A DNA stretch of 64,000 nucleotides from Hylemonella sp. (GCF_046299695.1 NZ_JBKBHP010000017.1); one strand, 5' to 3'. Shown: positions 31,920-41,588, counted from the first letter of the stretch. Notes: generated by a model from the letters alone, not told the origin. Numbers and translations are program-made.

Positions 31920-33410
31920 ATGAGCACCACCTTCTCCTCCTACAACGCCCGCACCGGTGAGGTGCTGGGTACGCTGGCCGCCTCGACAACGGCCGAGATC
32001 GATACCGTGTGCGCCGCCGCGTCCGCCGCTTTCCCGCTTTGGCAGGCCAGCAGCGGCACGCAGCGCGCCGCGCTGCTGCGCGCCCTGGCCGCTGGCCTGG
32101 AAGTCGGCCGTGAAGCGCTTGTGGCCCTGGCCGACCAGGAAACCGCCCTGGGCCCCGTGCGCCTCAATGGCGAACTCGACCGCACGGCCTTCCAACTGCG
32201 CCGCTTTGCCGACATCGCTGAGCGTGGTGTGCCTTTCGAGGTCCTCGACGATCCTGCCGTGGCCGGTGCCCCGCCTGCAGGCCACCCCGCCATGCAGCGC
32301 TGGTCCGTCCCCGTGGGCCCCGTGGCCATGTACGCGGCCAGCAACTTCCCCTTTGCCTTCTCCGTGCTCGGTGGTGACACCGCCTCGGCGCTGGCGGCCG
32401 GCTGCCCGGTGGTGATCAAGGGCCACCCGGGCCATCCGCAGCTCACCCGCAAGACCTGGGACATGATCCAGCAGGTGCTCGCGGCGCAGAATCTGCCCGC
32501 CGGCCTCGTGGGTCTGGTGCAGGGCGCCAGCAACGAGGTGGGCGTACAACTGGTACGTCACCCGGCCATCGCGGCAGCGGCCTTCACGGGGTCCACGTGC
32601 GGTGGCGCGGCTCTGGCAGCCGAGGCGGCGGCGCGTCCGCGTCCGATACCCTTCTACGGCGAGCTCGGTTCCATCAACCCTGTGATCGCCTTGTCGGCCG
32701 AACTCAAGGCCAGGGGCGCGGAACTCGCCGTCACGCTGGCCGGCTCCATCACCCTGGGCTGCGGCCAGTTCTGCACCAATCCCGGCGTGATCGTGCTGCT
32801 GGATGCCGACGCAGAGGCGAAAAGTGCCAATGACGTCTTCGTGCAGCAGCTGGGCCAAGCCCTGGCCGGCCAGAACCCGCACGCCATGCTGACGCCCGGT
32901 ATGCGCAAGAACTTCGACGCTGGTGTGGCCCACTGGGGCGAGGCGGGCGCGACTTTTGTCGTGCATGAAGTCGCTGCGGCGGGTCAGCCGCCGCGCCCGG
33001 TGCTGGCGCAGGTCAGTGCATCCGATTTCATCGCCAAGGCCGCGCTGCGTGAAGAGGTCTTCGGACCGAGCAGCCTCGTGGTGCGTGCGGCCAGCGTGGC
33101 CCAGGCCCTGCAGGTGCTGCAGGCCGTGGGTGGCTCGCTGACCGTCACGGTCTGGGGGGCGCAGACCGACAGTGCGGATGTGCAGGCCCTGGTGCGCGGC
33201 GCCATGGCCATCGCCGGGCGTGTGCTCTTTGCCGGTGTGCCCACGGGCGTGGCCGTCACGGCGGCCCAGCAGCATGGCGGCCCCTGGCCCAGCAGCACCC
33301 GGCCCGAGAGCACCTCGGTGGGTGATGCGGCACTGGCGCGCTTCCTGCGCCCGGTCAGCCTGCAGGACGCGCCGGCCTGGCTGACAGCCCGCCAGGGCCG
33401 GCCCTTGTAA
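31920..33410 (+). CDS. Aldehyde dehydrogenase, probable 2,5-dioxovalerate (alpha-ketoglutarate semialdehyde) dehydrogenase
   Basis: 496 aa ALDH-family protein (GELGSINP, GQFCTNPG). Its position directly after gudD/kdgD completes the glucarate-to-2-oxoglutarate route. Confidence 0.75.
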   Translation: MSTTFSSYNARTGEVLGTLAASTTAEIDTVCAAASAAFPLWQASSGTQRAALLRALAAGLEVGREALVALADQETALGPVRLNGELDRTAFQLRRFADIAERGVPFEVLDDPAVAGAPPAGHPAMQRWSVPVGPVAMYAASNFPFAFSVLGGDTASALAAGCPVVIKGHPGHPQLTRKTWDMIQQVLAAQNLPAGLVGLVQGASNEVGVQLVRHPAIAAAAFTGSTCGGAALAAEAAARPRPIPFYGELGSINPVIALSAELKARGAELAVTLAGSITLGCGQFCTNPGVIVLLDADAEAKSANDVFVQQLGQALAGQNPHAMLTPGMRKNFDAGVAHWGEAGATFVVHEVAAAGQPPRPVLAQVSASDFIAKAALREEVFGPSSLVVRAASVAQALQVLQAVGGSLTVTVWGAQTDSADVQALVRGAMAIAGRVLFAGVPTGVAVTAAQQHGGPWPSSTRPESTSVGDAALARFLRPVSLQDAPAWLTARQGRPL

Positions 33411-33440
33411 AGGGAAGCTTGCCTTGACGCGCGCTGGCGT

Positions 33441-33887
33441 TCAGCCCGCCAGCGCGGCCTTCACGGCGGCCGAGACCTGGCCCATCTCGGCCTTGCCGGC
33501 CAGGCGGGTCTTGACCACGCCCATGACCTTGCCCATGTCGCCGGGGCCCTTGGCGCCGAGTTCGGCCACGATGGCCTTGACTTCGGTCAGCACTTCCTCA
33601 GCCGACAGGCGTTGGGGCAGATAGGCCTCGAGCACCTTGATCTCCGCCGACTCCTTGTCAGCCAGATCCTGGCGCGCGGCCTGCACATAGGCGGCCACCG
33701 AATCCTTGCGCTGCTTGATCAGCTTGTCGATGATGGAGACCACGGCCGCGTCATCGAGCGTGACGCGCTCGTCCACTTCCTTCTGCTTCATGGCAGCCAG
33801 CAGCAGGCGGATGGTGCCCAGGCGCTCGCTGTCCTTGGCGCGCATCGCGGCCTTCATGTCGTCGTTGATCTGGTCTTTGAGGGACAT
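33441..33887 (-). CDS. yqeY: GatB/YqeY-domain protein
   Basis: 148 aa. MSLKDQINDDMKAAMRAKD...LSAEEV is the typical YqeY pattern. Conserved pairing with rpsU. Confidence 0.85.
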   Translation of the reverse strand: MSLKDQINDDMKAAMRAKDSERLGTIRLLLAAMKQKEVDERVTLDDAAVVSIIDKLIKQRKDSVAAYVQAARQDLADKESAEIKVLEAYLPQRLSAEEVLTEVKAIVAELGAKGPGDMGKVMGVVKTRLAGKAEMGQVSAAVKAALAG

Positions 33888-33901
33888 AGGAAATCTCCGG
33901 A

Positions 33902-33940
33902 GAAAAACAAAACCCGCGCCAGGCGTCCCGGGCGCGGGTT
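33902..33940 (-). terminator. Rho-independent terminator downstream of rpsU
   Basis: The minus strand reads AACCCGCGCCCGGGACGCCTGGCGCGGGTT followed by TTGTTTTTCT. Confidence 0.7.
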
Positions 33941-33977
33941 CTTGGATAGCTTGAGGTCGAGGACCCCGCTGCGCCGA

Positions 33978-34190
33978 TCAGTACAGCTTCTTGGGCAGCT
34001 GCATCGAGCGGATGCGCTTGTAGTTGCGCTTGACGGCGGCAGCCTTCTTGCGCTTGCGCTCGGCGGTGGGCTTCTCGTAGAACTCGCGGGCGCGCAGGTC
34101 GGTCAGCAGGCCCAGCTTTTCGATGGTGCGCTTGAAGCGGCGCAGAGCCACGTCAAACGGCTCGTTTTCTTTAACACGGATGGTCGTCAT
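33978..34190 (-). CDS. rpsU: 30S ribosomal protein S21
   Basis: 70 aa. [49 protein letters not shown]. Confidence 0.95.
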   Translation of the reverse strand: MTTIRVKENEPFDVALRRFKRTIEKLGLLTDLRAREFYEKPTAERKRKKAAAVKRNYKRIRSMQLPKKLY

Positions 34191-34370
34191 TACGTAATGG
34201 TTTCCGAAATGTGCGGGCAGAGGGAGGGCAGGAAGATCGGGCCTGCACGCCGTGTACCGCGAAATGCCCCGCCTGTAACTAGTATTTGGCCGGCGAGGCT
34301 ATGCCAGCAAAGTCCGACATTATAGCGGTTCAAGCCATTCCGGCAACCACGCCCCTCGGGCCCAAAACCC

Positions 34371-34440
34371 ATGGTCGCCGCAGGCGGCCTGCCCCCTGAA
34401 GGGGGCAGCGCCCCACACGGAGTGGGGGCGCAGGGGGGGA
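34371..34440. repeat. GC-rich REP-like hairpin repeat (diverged member of the family at 35727 and 53584)
   Basis: CTGCCCCCTGAAGGGGGCAG and GCGCCCCACACGGAGTGGGGGCGC hairpins. The TGCCCCCTG-AA-GGGGG core is shared with 35757-35775. Confidence 0.4.
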
Positions 34441-34442
34441 AT

Positions 34443-35666
34443 CTAGTGCGGCCGCAGGTCCTGGGCGAGCGCCACGCCGCAGGCGTGGGCGCTCGCCCAG
34501 GACCACTGGAAGTTGTAACCGCCCAGCCAGCCCGTCACATCCACCACTTCCCCGATGAAATACAGCCCGCGCTGCTTCTGGACTTCCATGGTCTGGCCCG
34601 AGAGTTCCCGGGTGTCTACCCCGCCGGCCGTGACCTCGGCCTTGGCATAGCCCTCGGTGCCCGTGGGCGTCAGCTCCCAGCGGCTGAGTTTCTCGGCCAG
34701 GGCGGCCAGGGCCTTGTCGCTGGCTTCGTTGACGGGGCGCAGCCAGGCCGGGTCCTGCCCGGCCCAGGCCTCGGCCAGGCGGCTGGGCAGCAGAGCGGCG
34801 AGCTCGTTGACGATGAGCTTGCGCGAGCGCAGCTTGGCCTCGGTCAGACGCGCGGCCAGGTCCTGCTCGGGCGCCAAGTTGATGCGGATGGGCGTGCCGG
34901 GCCGCCAGTAGCTCGAGATCTGCAGCACCCCCGGGCCCGAGAGGCCGCGATGGGTGAACAGCAGGTCTTCAAGGAAGGCCATGCGTTCCTTCTTGCTGCC
35001 GGTCTCGATCTGCACGGGCAGCGCCAGGCCGGACAGTCCGGAGTAGGGAGCCCAGGCCGCGCCGTCGAAGGTCAGCGGCACCAGGGCCGGGCGGGTCTCG
35101 ACGATCTTCAGGCCGAACTGCTTGGCGATGCGGTAGCCGAAGTCCGTGGCCCCGATCTTGGGGATGGACAGGCCGCCGGTGGCGATAACCAGAGACTTGC
35201 AAGTGACCTGACCCTGATCGGTATCGAGTTCATACCCCGCGGCCCCATGCCGCACGGCTTGCACCCCGCAGGGTTGCCAGCGGGTCACGCCCCCCTTGTC
35301 GCACTCGCGCAGCAGCAGTTGGATGATGTCGTCGGCCGAACGGTCGCAGAAGAGCTGGCCCTTGTGTTTCTCGTGGAAGGCAATGCCATCACGCTGCAGC
35401 AGCGCGATGAAGTCCGCCGGGGTGTAGCGTGAGAGCGCCGAGCGGCAGAAGTTCGGGTTCTCGCTGAGGAAGTGCTTGTGCGGCTGGCGCACGTCGATGT
35501 CGCGATTGGTGAAGTTGCAGCGCCCGCCGCCCGAGATGCGGATCTTCTCCGCCACCTTGGGGGCGTGGTCAATCAGCAGGACCTTGAGGCCACGCTGCCC
35601 GGCCACACCAGCACAAAAAAGGCCGGCCGCACCTGCGCCGACCACCACCACATCGAATTGCTGCAT
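34443..35666 (-). CDS. YhiN/BaiN-family NAD(P)/FAD-dependent flavoprotein
   Basis: 407 aa. N-terminal FDVVVVGAGAAGLFCAG Rossmann motif, then ISGGGRCNFTN, typical of the HI0933/YhiN family. Confidence 0.8.
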   Translation of the reverse strand: MQQFDVVVVGAGAAGLFCAGVAGQRGLKVLLIDHAPKVAEKIRISGGGRCNFTNRDIDVRQPHKHFLSENPNFCRSALSRYTPADFIALLQRDGIAFHEKHKGQLFCDRSADDIIQLLLRECDKGGVTRWQPCGVQAVRHGAAGYELDTDQGQVTCKSLVIATGGLSIPKIGATDFGYRIAKQFGLKIVETRPALVPLTFDGAAWAPYSGLSGLALPVQIETGSKKERMAFLEDLLFTHRGLSGPGVLQISSYWRPGTPIRINLAPEQDLAARLTEAKLRSRKLIVNELAALLPSRLAEAWAGQDPAWLRPVNEASDKALAALAEKLSRWELTPTGTEGYAKAEVTAGGVDTRELSGQTMEVQKQRGLYFIGEVVDVTGWLGGYNFQWSWASAHACGVALAQDLRPH

Positions 35667-35726
35667 GCCCCGAGTTTAGGGGGTAGGCGACGCGTGACGA
35701 GCGAAATTGGCCAGATTGGGAACGCC

Positions 35727-35790
35727 GTGGAACCGGCTTCGCCGGGCCACTGGCGTTGCCCCCTGCAAGGGGGGTGGCGTAGCGACACGC
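35727..35790. repeat. REP-like intergenic repeat, copy B
   Basis: GTGGAACCGGCTTCGCCGGGCCACTGGCGTTGCCCCCTGCAAGGGGGGTGGCG. The first about 27 nt are near-identical to 53584-53610. Confidence 0.55.
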
Positions 35791-35818
35791 AGTGCGCGCA
35801 GCCTGGGGGTGTGCAACT

Positions 35819-36529
35819 TCAGGCCGCGAGCTTGTTCCGGTCCGCCAGCACTGCCGCCTTGCGTGTCAGGCCGTCGATCTCGCCCGTGATGTCCGAGAGT
35901 ACGTTGGCCACCACCGCGAATTCGCGGCCGTGCTGGCCGGCGCGTGCCGCCATGATCTGGGCGTTGAAGCTCACCACCTTGGCCTCCTTGGCCACGCTCT
36001 GGATGTCGCCCACGATGCCGGCCAGCTCCTTCATCATGGCGTCCGACTTGGCCTTGGTGACCTCGTCGAAGGCCGTGGTCGCGGTGTTGAGTGCTTCGAG
36101 GATGCGGTCGGTCAGGCCCACGAGTTCGATCAGCGACTCGGCCACGCTGGAGGCCTTGCGTTCGATCTGCTCCAGCGTGCGCTGCATGAGTTGCATGAAT
36201 TCCGTGATCACGGGGCCGACGCCGCGCGGGCCGTGGTAGGTGCCATCGATCTTTTCCGCCGCGGCTTTGTCCAGCTGATGGATGGTGCCCAGCAGATGCT
36301 GCTGGCTCTCGCTGAAGATCAGCAGGCTGCGTTGCGCAGCCTCGAACTTCTGTGCATCACCACGCGAGGCCAGCAGGGTCTGCAGGATCATGCGCTGCGA
36401 CAGCATGCGCTGGCGCGCGGCCAGGTTGACGAGGGAGAGGCCCTTGATGTGGGCCGGCAGCTCCTTCTTCTGGAGCGTGACGAGTGGACGCGGGGTGAAG
36501 GTGGTGACGGAGTAAGAGCTTGTGTTCAT
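35819..36529 (-). CDS. Soluble protein with a PilJ/NarX-like N-terminal sensor module fused to a truncated MCP signalling (hairpin-tip) segment
   Basis: 236 aa with no TM or signal peptide. NLAARQRMLSQRM motif at residues about 36-47; VVSFNAQIMAARAGQHGREFAVVANVLSDI (MCP tip consensus) at about 185-213. ATG 36527-36529 was checked. Confidence 0.65.
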   Translation of the reverse strand: MNTSSYSVTTFTPRPLVTLQKKELPAHIKGLSLVNLAARQRMLSQRMILQTLLASRGDAQKFEAAQRSLLIFSESQQHLLGTIHQLDKAAAEKIDGTYHGPRGVGPVITEFMQLMQRTLEQIERKASSVAESLIELVGLTDRILEALNTATTAFDEVTKAKSDAMMKELAGIVGDIQSVAKEAKVVSFNAQIMAARAGQHGREFAVVANVLSDITGEIDGLTRKAAVLADRNKLAA

Positions 36530-36660
36530 GGCAGGCACCGCGATAAGGCAGGGCCCGACGACATGAGCCCTGATCAGGTACCCCAAGCAAACTGCGGGCC
36601 AGTTCCCGGCAGCGCTGCGAGGCACGGCGTGGTGCACGCCGCACCAGCGTGGCGCGGAAC

Positions 36661-37785
36661 TCAGCCTTTCCAGGTGAACGGGAACTTCAGCTGCTTGAAG
36701 AAACCGTCGGGCACGTAGTCACCGAGCACACCGTAACGTTCGGGCCAGAGCTTGGTGCTCTTGACCGCGGTGCCGAACAGATAGTCCAGGAAGGCGAAGT
36801 GCGCCGCGTAGTTGCGGTCCAGCGCTTCCTGGTCCTGGCTGTGGTGCCAGTGGTGGAAGTTGGGTGTGACAATGACGTAGCGCAGCGGGCCCAGACGCAC
36901 GCTGACGTTGGCGTGGTTGAACACGGCCTGGAAGCCGACGATCACGATGTAGGTGTCGATCACTTCCTTGGAGAAGCCCAGCACGAAGATGGGCGCCAGC
37001 ACCAGGGTGCGGGTGATCAGCAGCTCCAGCAGGTGCTGGCGCGAGCCCGCCAGCCAGTCCATGCTCTTGGCGCTGTGGTGCACGGCGTGCAGGCGCCAGA
37101 GCAGCGGCACCTCGTGGTAGGCGCGGTGCGTCCAGTACTGCACGAGGTCGGCCACCAGCAGGATCAGCAGCACGGCCGCCCAGAAAGGCAGGTCGCGTAC
37201 CCAGGCCTGGATGCCGTCGGCCGCGGCCCAGCCGAAGAGGCGGTGCACCAGCAGGTTGGTGGCCAGCAGGATGAAACCGACCACCATGTGGTTGACCATG
37301 AAGTGGTTGAGGTCGGTCTGCCACTCTGGGCGGAAGATGGGCTGCTCCTTGCGCAGGGCGAAGAGTTTCTCGATGAAGATGAAGATCAGCGAGGAACCCA
37401 GCAGGTCCAGGATGAACCAGTCCAGGCCGATATAGGGCGTGTGGTCGGCAAAGTCGTACACCGGCACCTTGTGGCCGCCCAGCAGGGCGGTCAAAGCGAC
37501 CAGCAGGAAGGCAAAGGCCGAGAGCCAGCGCGAGCGGTTGAAGAGCACGTTGACCAGCGACAGGCCACCGGCGATCACCATGGCGATGAACATGACGGTG
37601 CGCAGGGTGTCGACGTCGTAGTTCCTGCGCAGCTCGGGTGTGGTCAGGTACTCGGGGAAGTGGAAGGCCAGCACGCCCAGAAAGCAGAGAAAGGCCAGCG
37701 TGAGCGCCAGCACGCCGGTGACCAGGCCGGCGCCGGGCTTGAGCGGGCCCGAGCCTTCGGCGAGTTCGTTGAGATCCTTGAGCAT
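36661..37785 (-). CDS. Fatty acid hydroxylase / sterol desaturase-family membrane protein
   Basis: 374 aa. Histidine boxes HRAYHE, HAVHHS and HHWHHS, with multiple TM helices. Confidence 0.8.
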   Translation of the reverse strand: MLKDLNELAEGSGPLKPGAGLVTGVLALTLAFLCFLGVLAFHFPEYLTTPELRRNYDVDTLRTVMFIAMVIAGGLSLVNVLFNRSRWLSAFAFLLVALTALLGGHKVPVYDFADHTPYIGLDWFILDLLGSSLIFIFIEKLFALRKEQPIFRPEWQTDLNHFMVNHMVVGFILLATNLLVHRLFGWAAADGIQAWVRDLPFWAAVLLILLVADLVQYWTHRAYHEVPLLWRLHAVHHSAKSMDWLAGSRQHLLELLITRTLVLAPIFVLGFSKEVIDTYIVIVGFQAVFNHANVSVRLGPLRYVIVTPNFHHWHHSQDQEALDRNYAAHFAFLDYLFGTAVKSTKLWPERYGVLGDYVPDGFFKQLKFPFTWKG

Positions 37786-37869
37786 GTCGCCTCCCCATCT
37801 TGTGTGCCGTCGAATCGCGGCTGGCCCGCAGTGTAGCCGCGAGGGCTATGTCGGCAACCTCCGCAGGGG

Positions 37870-38664
37870 TCAGACGGCCGCGCGCTGTGGCCATTCGGTC
37901 ACAGGTAGGGCAGCGCTGGCCACAGCCCGCAGCACCTCGCCCACCACGATGATGCAGGGGCTGCCGAGTTCTTCACGCACCAGGGTGGCGTGCAACTGGT
38001 CCAGGGTGGTGAGTGCCTGGCGCTGCGTGGGCAGGCTGGCGTGCTGCACCAGGGCCACGGGCGTGGCACCGGGCAGGCCGCTGAGCAGGCCGGCTTCGAT
38101 CTGCTGGACACCGCTCACGCCCATGTAGATCACCAGCGTCAGCTGTTCGGCGTGGGCGGTGGCGGCCAGGGCGGCCCAGTCGGGCGCGCGGCCGCCGGGT
38201 TTGGCGTGGCCGGTGATGAAGAGCACGCCGTGGGCATGGTCGCGGTGCGTGAGCGGTGCGCCGAGACTGGTCACGGCGGCCAGGCCAGCGGTGATGCCGT
38301 TGACGACCTCCACGCGGATGCCGGCTTCACCCAGGTGCTGCACCTCTTCACCGCCGCGACCGAAGACATAGGGGTCGCCGCCCTTGAGGCGCACCACATG
38401 CTCGCCCTCGCGCACCGCGGTGATCATGAGCTTTTCGATGAAAGACTGCGGCGTGGACGTGCAGCCGCCGCGCTTGCCCACGTGCACGATGCGCGCGTCC
38501 GGCTGGGCATGCACGAGCACGGCCTCGTTGACCAAGTCATCGACGAGGATCAGCGTGGCGCGCGCAATGGCCCTGACGGCCTTGAGCGTGAGCAGATCGG
38601 GGTCGCCCGGGCCGGCGCCGACGAGGGTGCAGGAACCGGTCAGTGGAAAGTGTGTGGCGTGCAT
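37870..38664 (-). CDS. cobA: Uroporphyrinogen-III C-methyltransferase (siroheme branch)
   Basis: 264 aa. LVGAGPGDPDLLTLKA...RLKGGDPYVFGRGGEE...VNGITAG. Confidence 0.85.
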   Translation of the reverse strand: MHATHFPLTGSCTLVGAGPGDPDLLTLKAVRAIARATLILVDDLVNEAVLVHAQPDARIVHVGKRGGCTSTPQSFIEKLMITAVREGEHVVRLKGGDPYVFGRGGEEVQHLGEAGIRVEVVNGITAGLAAVTSLGAPLTHRDHAHGVLFITGHAKPGGRAPDWAALAATAHAEQLTLVIYMGVSGVQQIEAGLLSGLPGATPVALVQHASLPTQRQALTTLDQLHATLVREELGSPCIIVVGEVLRAVASAALPVTEWPQRAAV

Positions 38665-38683
38665 GCGGTGGTCCTTGCAAGCT

Positions 38684-41488
38684 TCATGCCGCCTGTTTGA
38701 GCGGAATAACCCTGCGCACCAAGCGCTGCAACTCGGGCACGCAGGAGCCGCAGTTGGTGCCGCACTTCAGGGTCTGCTGCAGGGCGGCCAGGCGCTCGCT
38801 GTCGTTGCCGTTGCATTGCGCCAGCGTGCCGGTGATGGCGTCTTCGTTCACGTTGAAGCAGGTGCAGACCTGGCGGCTGCGTGCGGGCATGGCCACCGGG
38901 GCCTGGGCGCCGGCCAGCAGGATCAGGCGGCCATAACTTTGCGCCGGCAGTTCCTGCTGCAGCAGGCTACGGATCCAGCCCTCGGCGCTGGTGTCGCCGG
39001 CCAGCAGTACGGCGCGCAGCGTGGTCTTGTCGCCCTGGCGGTCCAACAGAGCGGCACGGCGCTGGCCGCGCTTGCGGTCGGCGTAACGCAGCGTGCCCGC
39101 GGCATCCAGGCCCAGCAGGGCTTCGATCTCCGCCAGCAATTCATCGGGCACGGGCTCGTGCGCCGCAGCGCGGAAGAGCAAGCCTGTGGGTTGTGCTGCA
39201 GCCTCGCCGTCCAGCGGCGCGGCGTTGGCAAAGGGCACGCAGCTGGCATAGGGGAAACGCAGCATGAGCTTGCGCAGCGCCTCGCGTGCGGACAGCGCAC
39301 GGTTGGCCGGCAGCCAGGCCAGGCCCAGCAGGGTCCAGGGCAGTTCGGCCTTGAGGATCTTGACGGCCGCGTGCTTGAGCTCGGGCTGTTTGGAGCTGGG
39401 GCAGTAGCTGGAAGTGGTCAGCGCGTTGACGCCGGCCAGGGGCTGGCCTGCGCTGCTGATGCCGCTCACGAACTCCGGGCCCCAGTGCATGGCCATGAAA
39501 GCCTGGCCGCTGGCCAGTTCCTCGCTGGACTGCAGGGGAACGAGGATGGAGCCGCGTTTGCTGGTCACGTGCACGAGGTCGCCTTCCTTGAGGCCGCGGC
39601 GTGTCATGTCGCCCGCGTTCATTTGCACCGTGGGCTCGGCCACGTGGCCGAACAGCCGGCCCAGGGTACCCGTGCGGCTCATGCCGTGCCACTGGTCGCG
39701 CAGGCGGCCCGTGGTCAGCGCGAAGGGGAAGCGCGATTCACGCGGCTCGGCCACGGGCTGGTAGGCCACGGCGGCAAAGCGAGCACGGCCATCCTCGGTG
39801 GGGAAGACGCCGTCTTCGTAGAGGCGAGCCTTGCCTTCGGTAGCGCCCGGTTTCAGGGGCCACTGCCGCGGGCGCTCTTCGAGCATGGCGTAGCTCATGC
39901 CGGTGATGTCGAGATCGCGCCCACGTGTTGATTCGCGGTGCTCATTCCAGACCGACTCCGGCGTCTCGTAGGGGAAAAGCGCGTTACGCGGACCGATGCC
40001 CTGCGCCTGCAGGCGGCGCGCGAAGTCCACCCCGATCTGCCAGTCGTGGCGCGTGCTGCCCGGTGGCGTCACGGCCGGACGCACACGGCTGATGCGGCGT
40101 TCGCTGTTGGTCACAGTGCCGTCCTTTTCGCCCCAGGTGGTGGCGGGCAGCAGCAGGTCGGCGTAGTCGCAGGTGCTGGTGGTGAGGAAGGCCTCCTGCA
40201 CCACGACGAATTCGGCGCGTTGCAGGGCACGGCGCACGGTGCTCAGGTCAGGCATGCTCTGCGCGGGGTTGGTGCACGCTATCCACAGCGCTTTGATCTC
40301 GCCGTCGGCCGCGGCCTGGAACATTTCCACCGCGGTCTTGCCCGGTTTCTCGGGCACCGAAGGAATGCCCCATAGCGCGGCGACTTCGGCGCGGTGCGCG
40401 GGGTTGGCCAGGTCGCGGTGGGCACTCAGCAGATTGGCCAGGCCGCCGACCTCGCGCCCGCCCATGGCATTGGGCTGGCCCGTGAGCGAGAAGGGGCCGG
40501 CACCCGGTTTGCCGATCTGACCTGTGGCCAGGTGCAGGTTGATGAGGGCGGCGTTCTTGGCCGTGCCGCTGCTGGATTGGTTGAGGCCCTGGCAGTAGAG
40601 GCTGAGCGTGGCCCTGGACGTGGCGAAGAGGCGGGCCGCTTCGTAGAGCGTATCCTTGGAGATGCTGCAGGTCTGCGTGACCATGTCCGGCGTGTAGTCG
40701 CGTACCAGGGTCTTGAGGGCGTCAAAGCCGTTGGTGTGATGGGCGATGTAGCGCGCGTCGGTCCAGCCTTCCCAGAGCATGAGGTGCAGCATGCCGTGAT
40801 AGAGCGCGACGTCGGTGCCGGGCTGGATCTGCACGAACAGGTCGGCTGTGCTGGCGGTGTCGGTGCGGCGCGGGTCCACCACCACGATCTTCATCTCGGG
40901 GCGGTTCTTCTTCGCGTCCTCGATGCGGCGGAACAGGATGGGATGGGCCCAGGCCGCGTTCGAACCGGTGATGAACAGGCAGTCGGCGTGGTTCACGTCC
41001 TCGTAGCTGGCGGGCGGCGCGTCGGCGCCGAGCGTGAGCTTGTAGCCGGCCACCGCACTGCTCATGCACAGGCGCGAGTTGGTGTCGATGTTGTTGGTGC
41101 CGATCAGTCCCTTGGCCAGCTTGTTGTAGATGTAATAGTCCTCGGTGAGCAACTGCCCGCTGACGTAAAAGCCCACGGCATCGGGGCCATGCGTGCGGAT
41201 GGTGTCGGCAAAGCGCGTGGCCGCGAGGTCCAGCGCGGCATCCCAGGCCAGGGGCTGGGGTGCGGCATCGCGCCGCAGGCGTTGCAGGGGGTGCAGCAGG
41301 CGCACCTGTCGCGTCACCTCGGGTGCGGCCGTGAGGTGCAGGGTCGAGCCCTTGGAGCACAGACGGCCAAAGTTGGCCGGATGATCGGGATCCCCGCGCA
41401 CGCCGACGATCTGGTCGCGCCGCGACTCGATGATGACGCCACAGCCCACGCCACAGTAGGGACAGGTGGATCTGGTTTCCTTATGCAT
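38684..41488 (-). CDS. nasA: Assimilatory nitrate reductase catalytic subunit (molybdopterin; C-terminal BFD-like [2Fe-2S] region)
   Basis: 934 aa. N-terminal CPYCGVGCG...C 4Fe-4S motif, MopB-type body and C-terminal CTCFNV...CGTNCGSCVPEL. Confidence 0.9.
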   Translation of the reverse strand: MHKETRSTCPYCGVGCGVIIESRRDQIVGVRGDPDHPANFGRLCSKGSTLHLTAAPEVTRQVRLLHPLQRLRRDAAPQPLAWDAALDLAATRFADTIRTHGPDAVGFYVSGQLLTEDYYIYNKLAKGLIGTNNIDTNSRLCMSSAVAGYKLTLGADAPPASYEDVNHADCLFITGSNAAWAHPILFRRIEDAKKNRPEMKIVVVDPRRTDTASTADLFVQIQPGTDVALYHGMLHLMLWEGWTDARYIAHHTNGFDALKTLVRDYTPDMVTQTCSISKDTLYEAARLFATSRATLSLYCQGLNQSSSGTAKNAALINLHLATGQIGKPGAGPFSLTGQPNAMGGREVGGLANLLSAHRDLANPAHRAEVAALWGIPSVPEKPGKTAVEMFQAAADGEIKALWIACTNPAQSMPDLSTVRRALQRAEFVVVQEAFLTTSTCDYADLLLPATTWGEKDGTVTNSERRISRVRPAVTPPGSTRHDWQIGVDFARRLQAQGIGPRNALFPYETPESVWNEHRESTRGRDLDITGMSYAMLEERPRQWPLKPGATEGKARLYEDGVFPTEDGRARFAAVAYQPVAEPRESRFPFALTTGRLRDQWHGMSRTGTLGRLFGHVAEPTVQMNAGDMTRRGLKEGDLVHVTSKRGSILVPLQSSEELASGQAFMAMHWGPEFVSGISSAGQPLAGVNALTTSSYCPSSKQPELKHAAVKILKAELPWTLLGLAWLPANRALSAREALRKLMLRFPYASCVPFANAAPLDGEAAAQPTGLLFRAAAHEPVPDELLAEIEALLGLDAAGTLRYADRKRGQRRAALLDRQGDKTTLRAVLLAGDTSAEGWIRSLLQQELPAQSYGRLILLAGAQAPVAMPARSRQVCTCFNVNEDAITGTLAQCNGNDSERLAALQQTLKCGTNCGSCVPELQRLVRRVIPLKQAA

Positions 41489-41588
41489 ACCAAGTCCCTG
41501 CTGTGGCGTTACACATATCCGCAGCGCGGTGAGCTGCGTCAGCAGCTACTCCGCAGTAGGGACAGGTGGACTTGGTTTCCTTGTGCAT
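41481..41588 (-). other. 35-codon upstream ORF created by a duplicated copy of the nasA 5' end; its stop overlaps the nasA start
   Basis: My translation gives MHKETKSTCPYCGVAADAAHRAADMCNATAGTWYA*. Its first 13 codons are near-identical to nasA codons 1-13 (MHKETRSTCPYCG). TAA at 41481-41483 versus nasA ATG at 41486-41488. Confidence 0.3.

Noticed and set aside
30558-33275. 905-aa minus-strand ORF
   Set aside because: Antisense to gudD and the aldehyde dehydrogenase gene. Low-complexity His/Gly/Arg/Ala composition.
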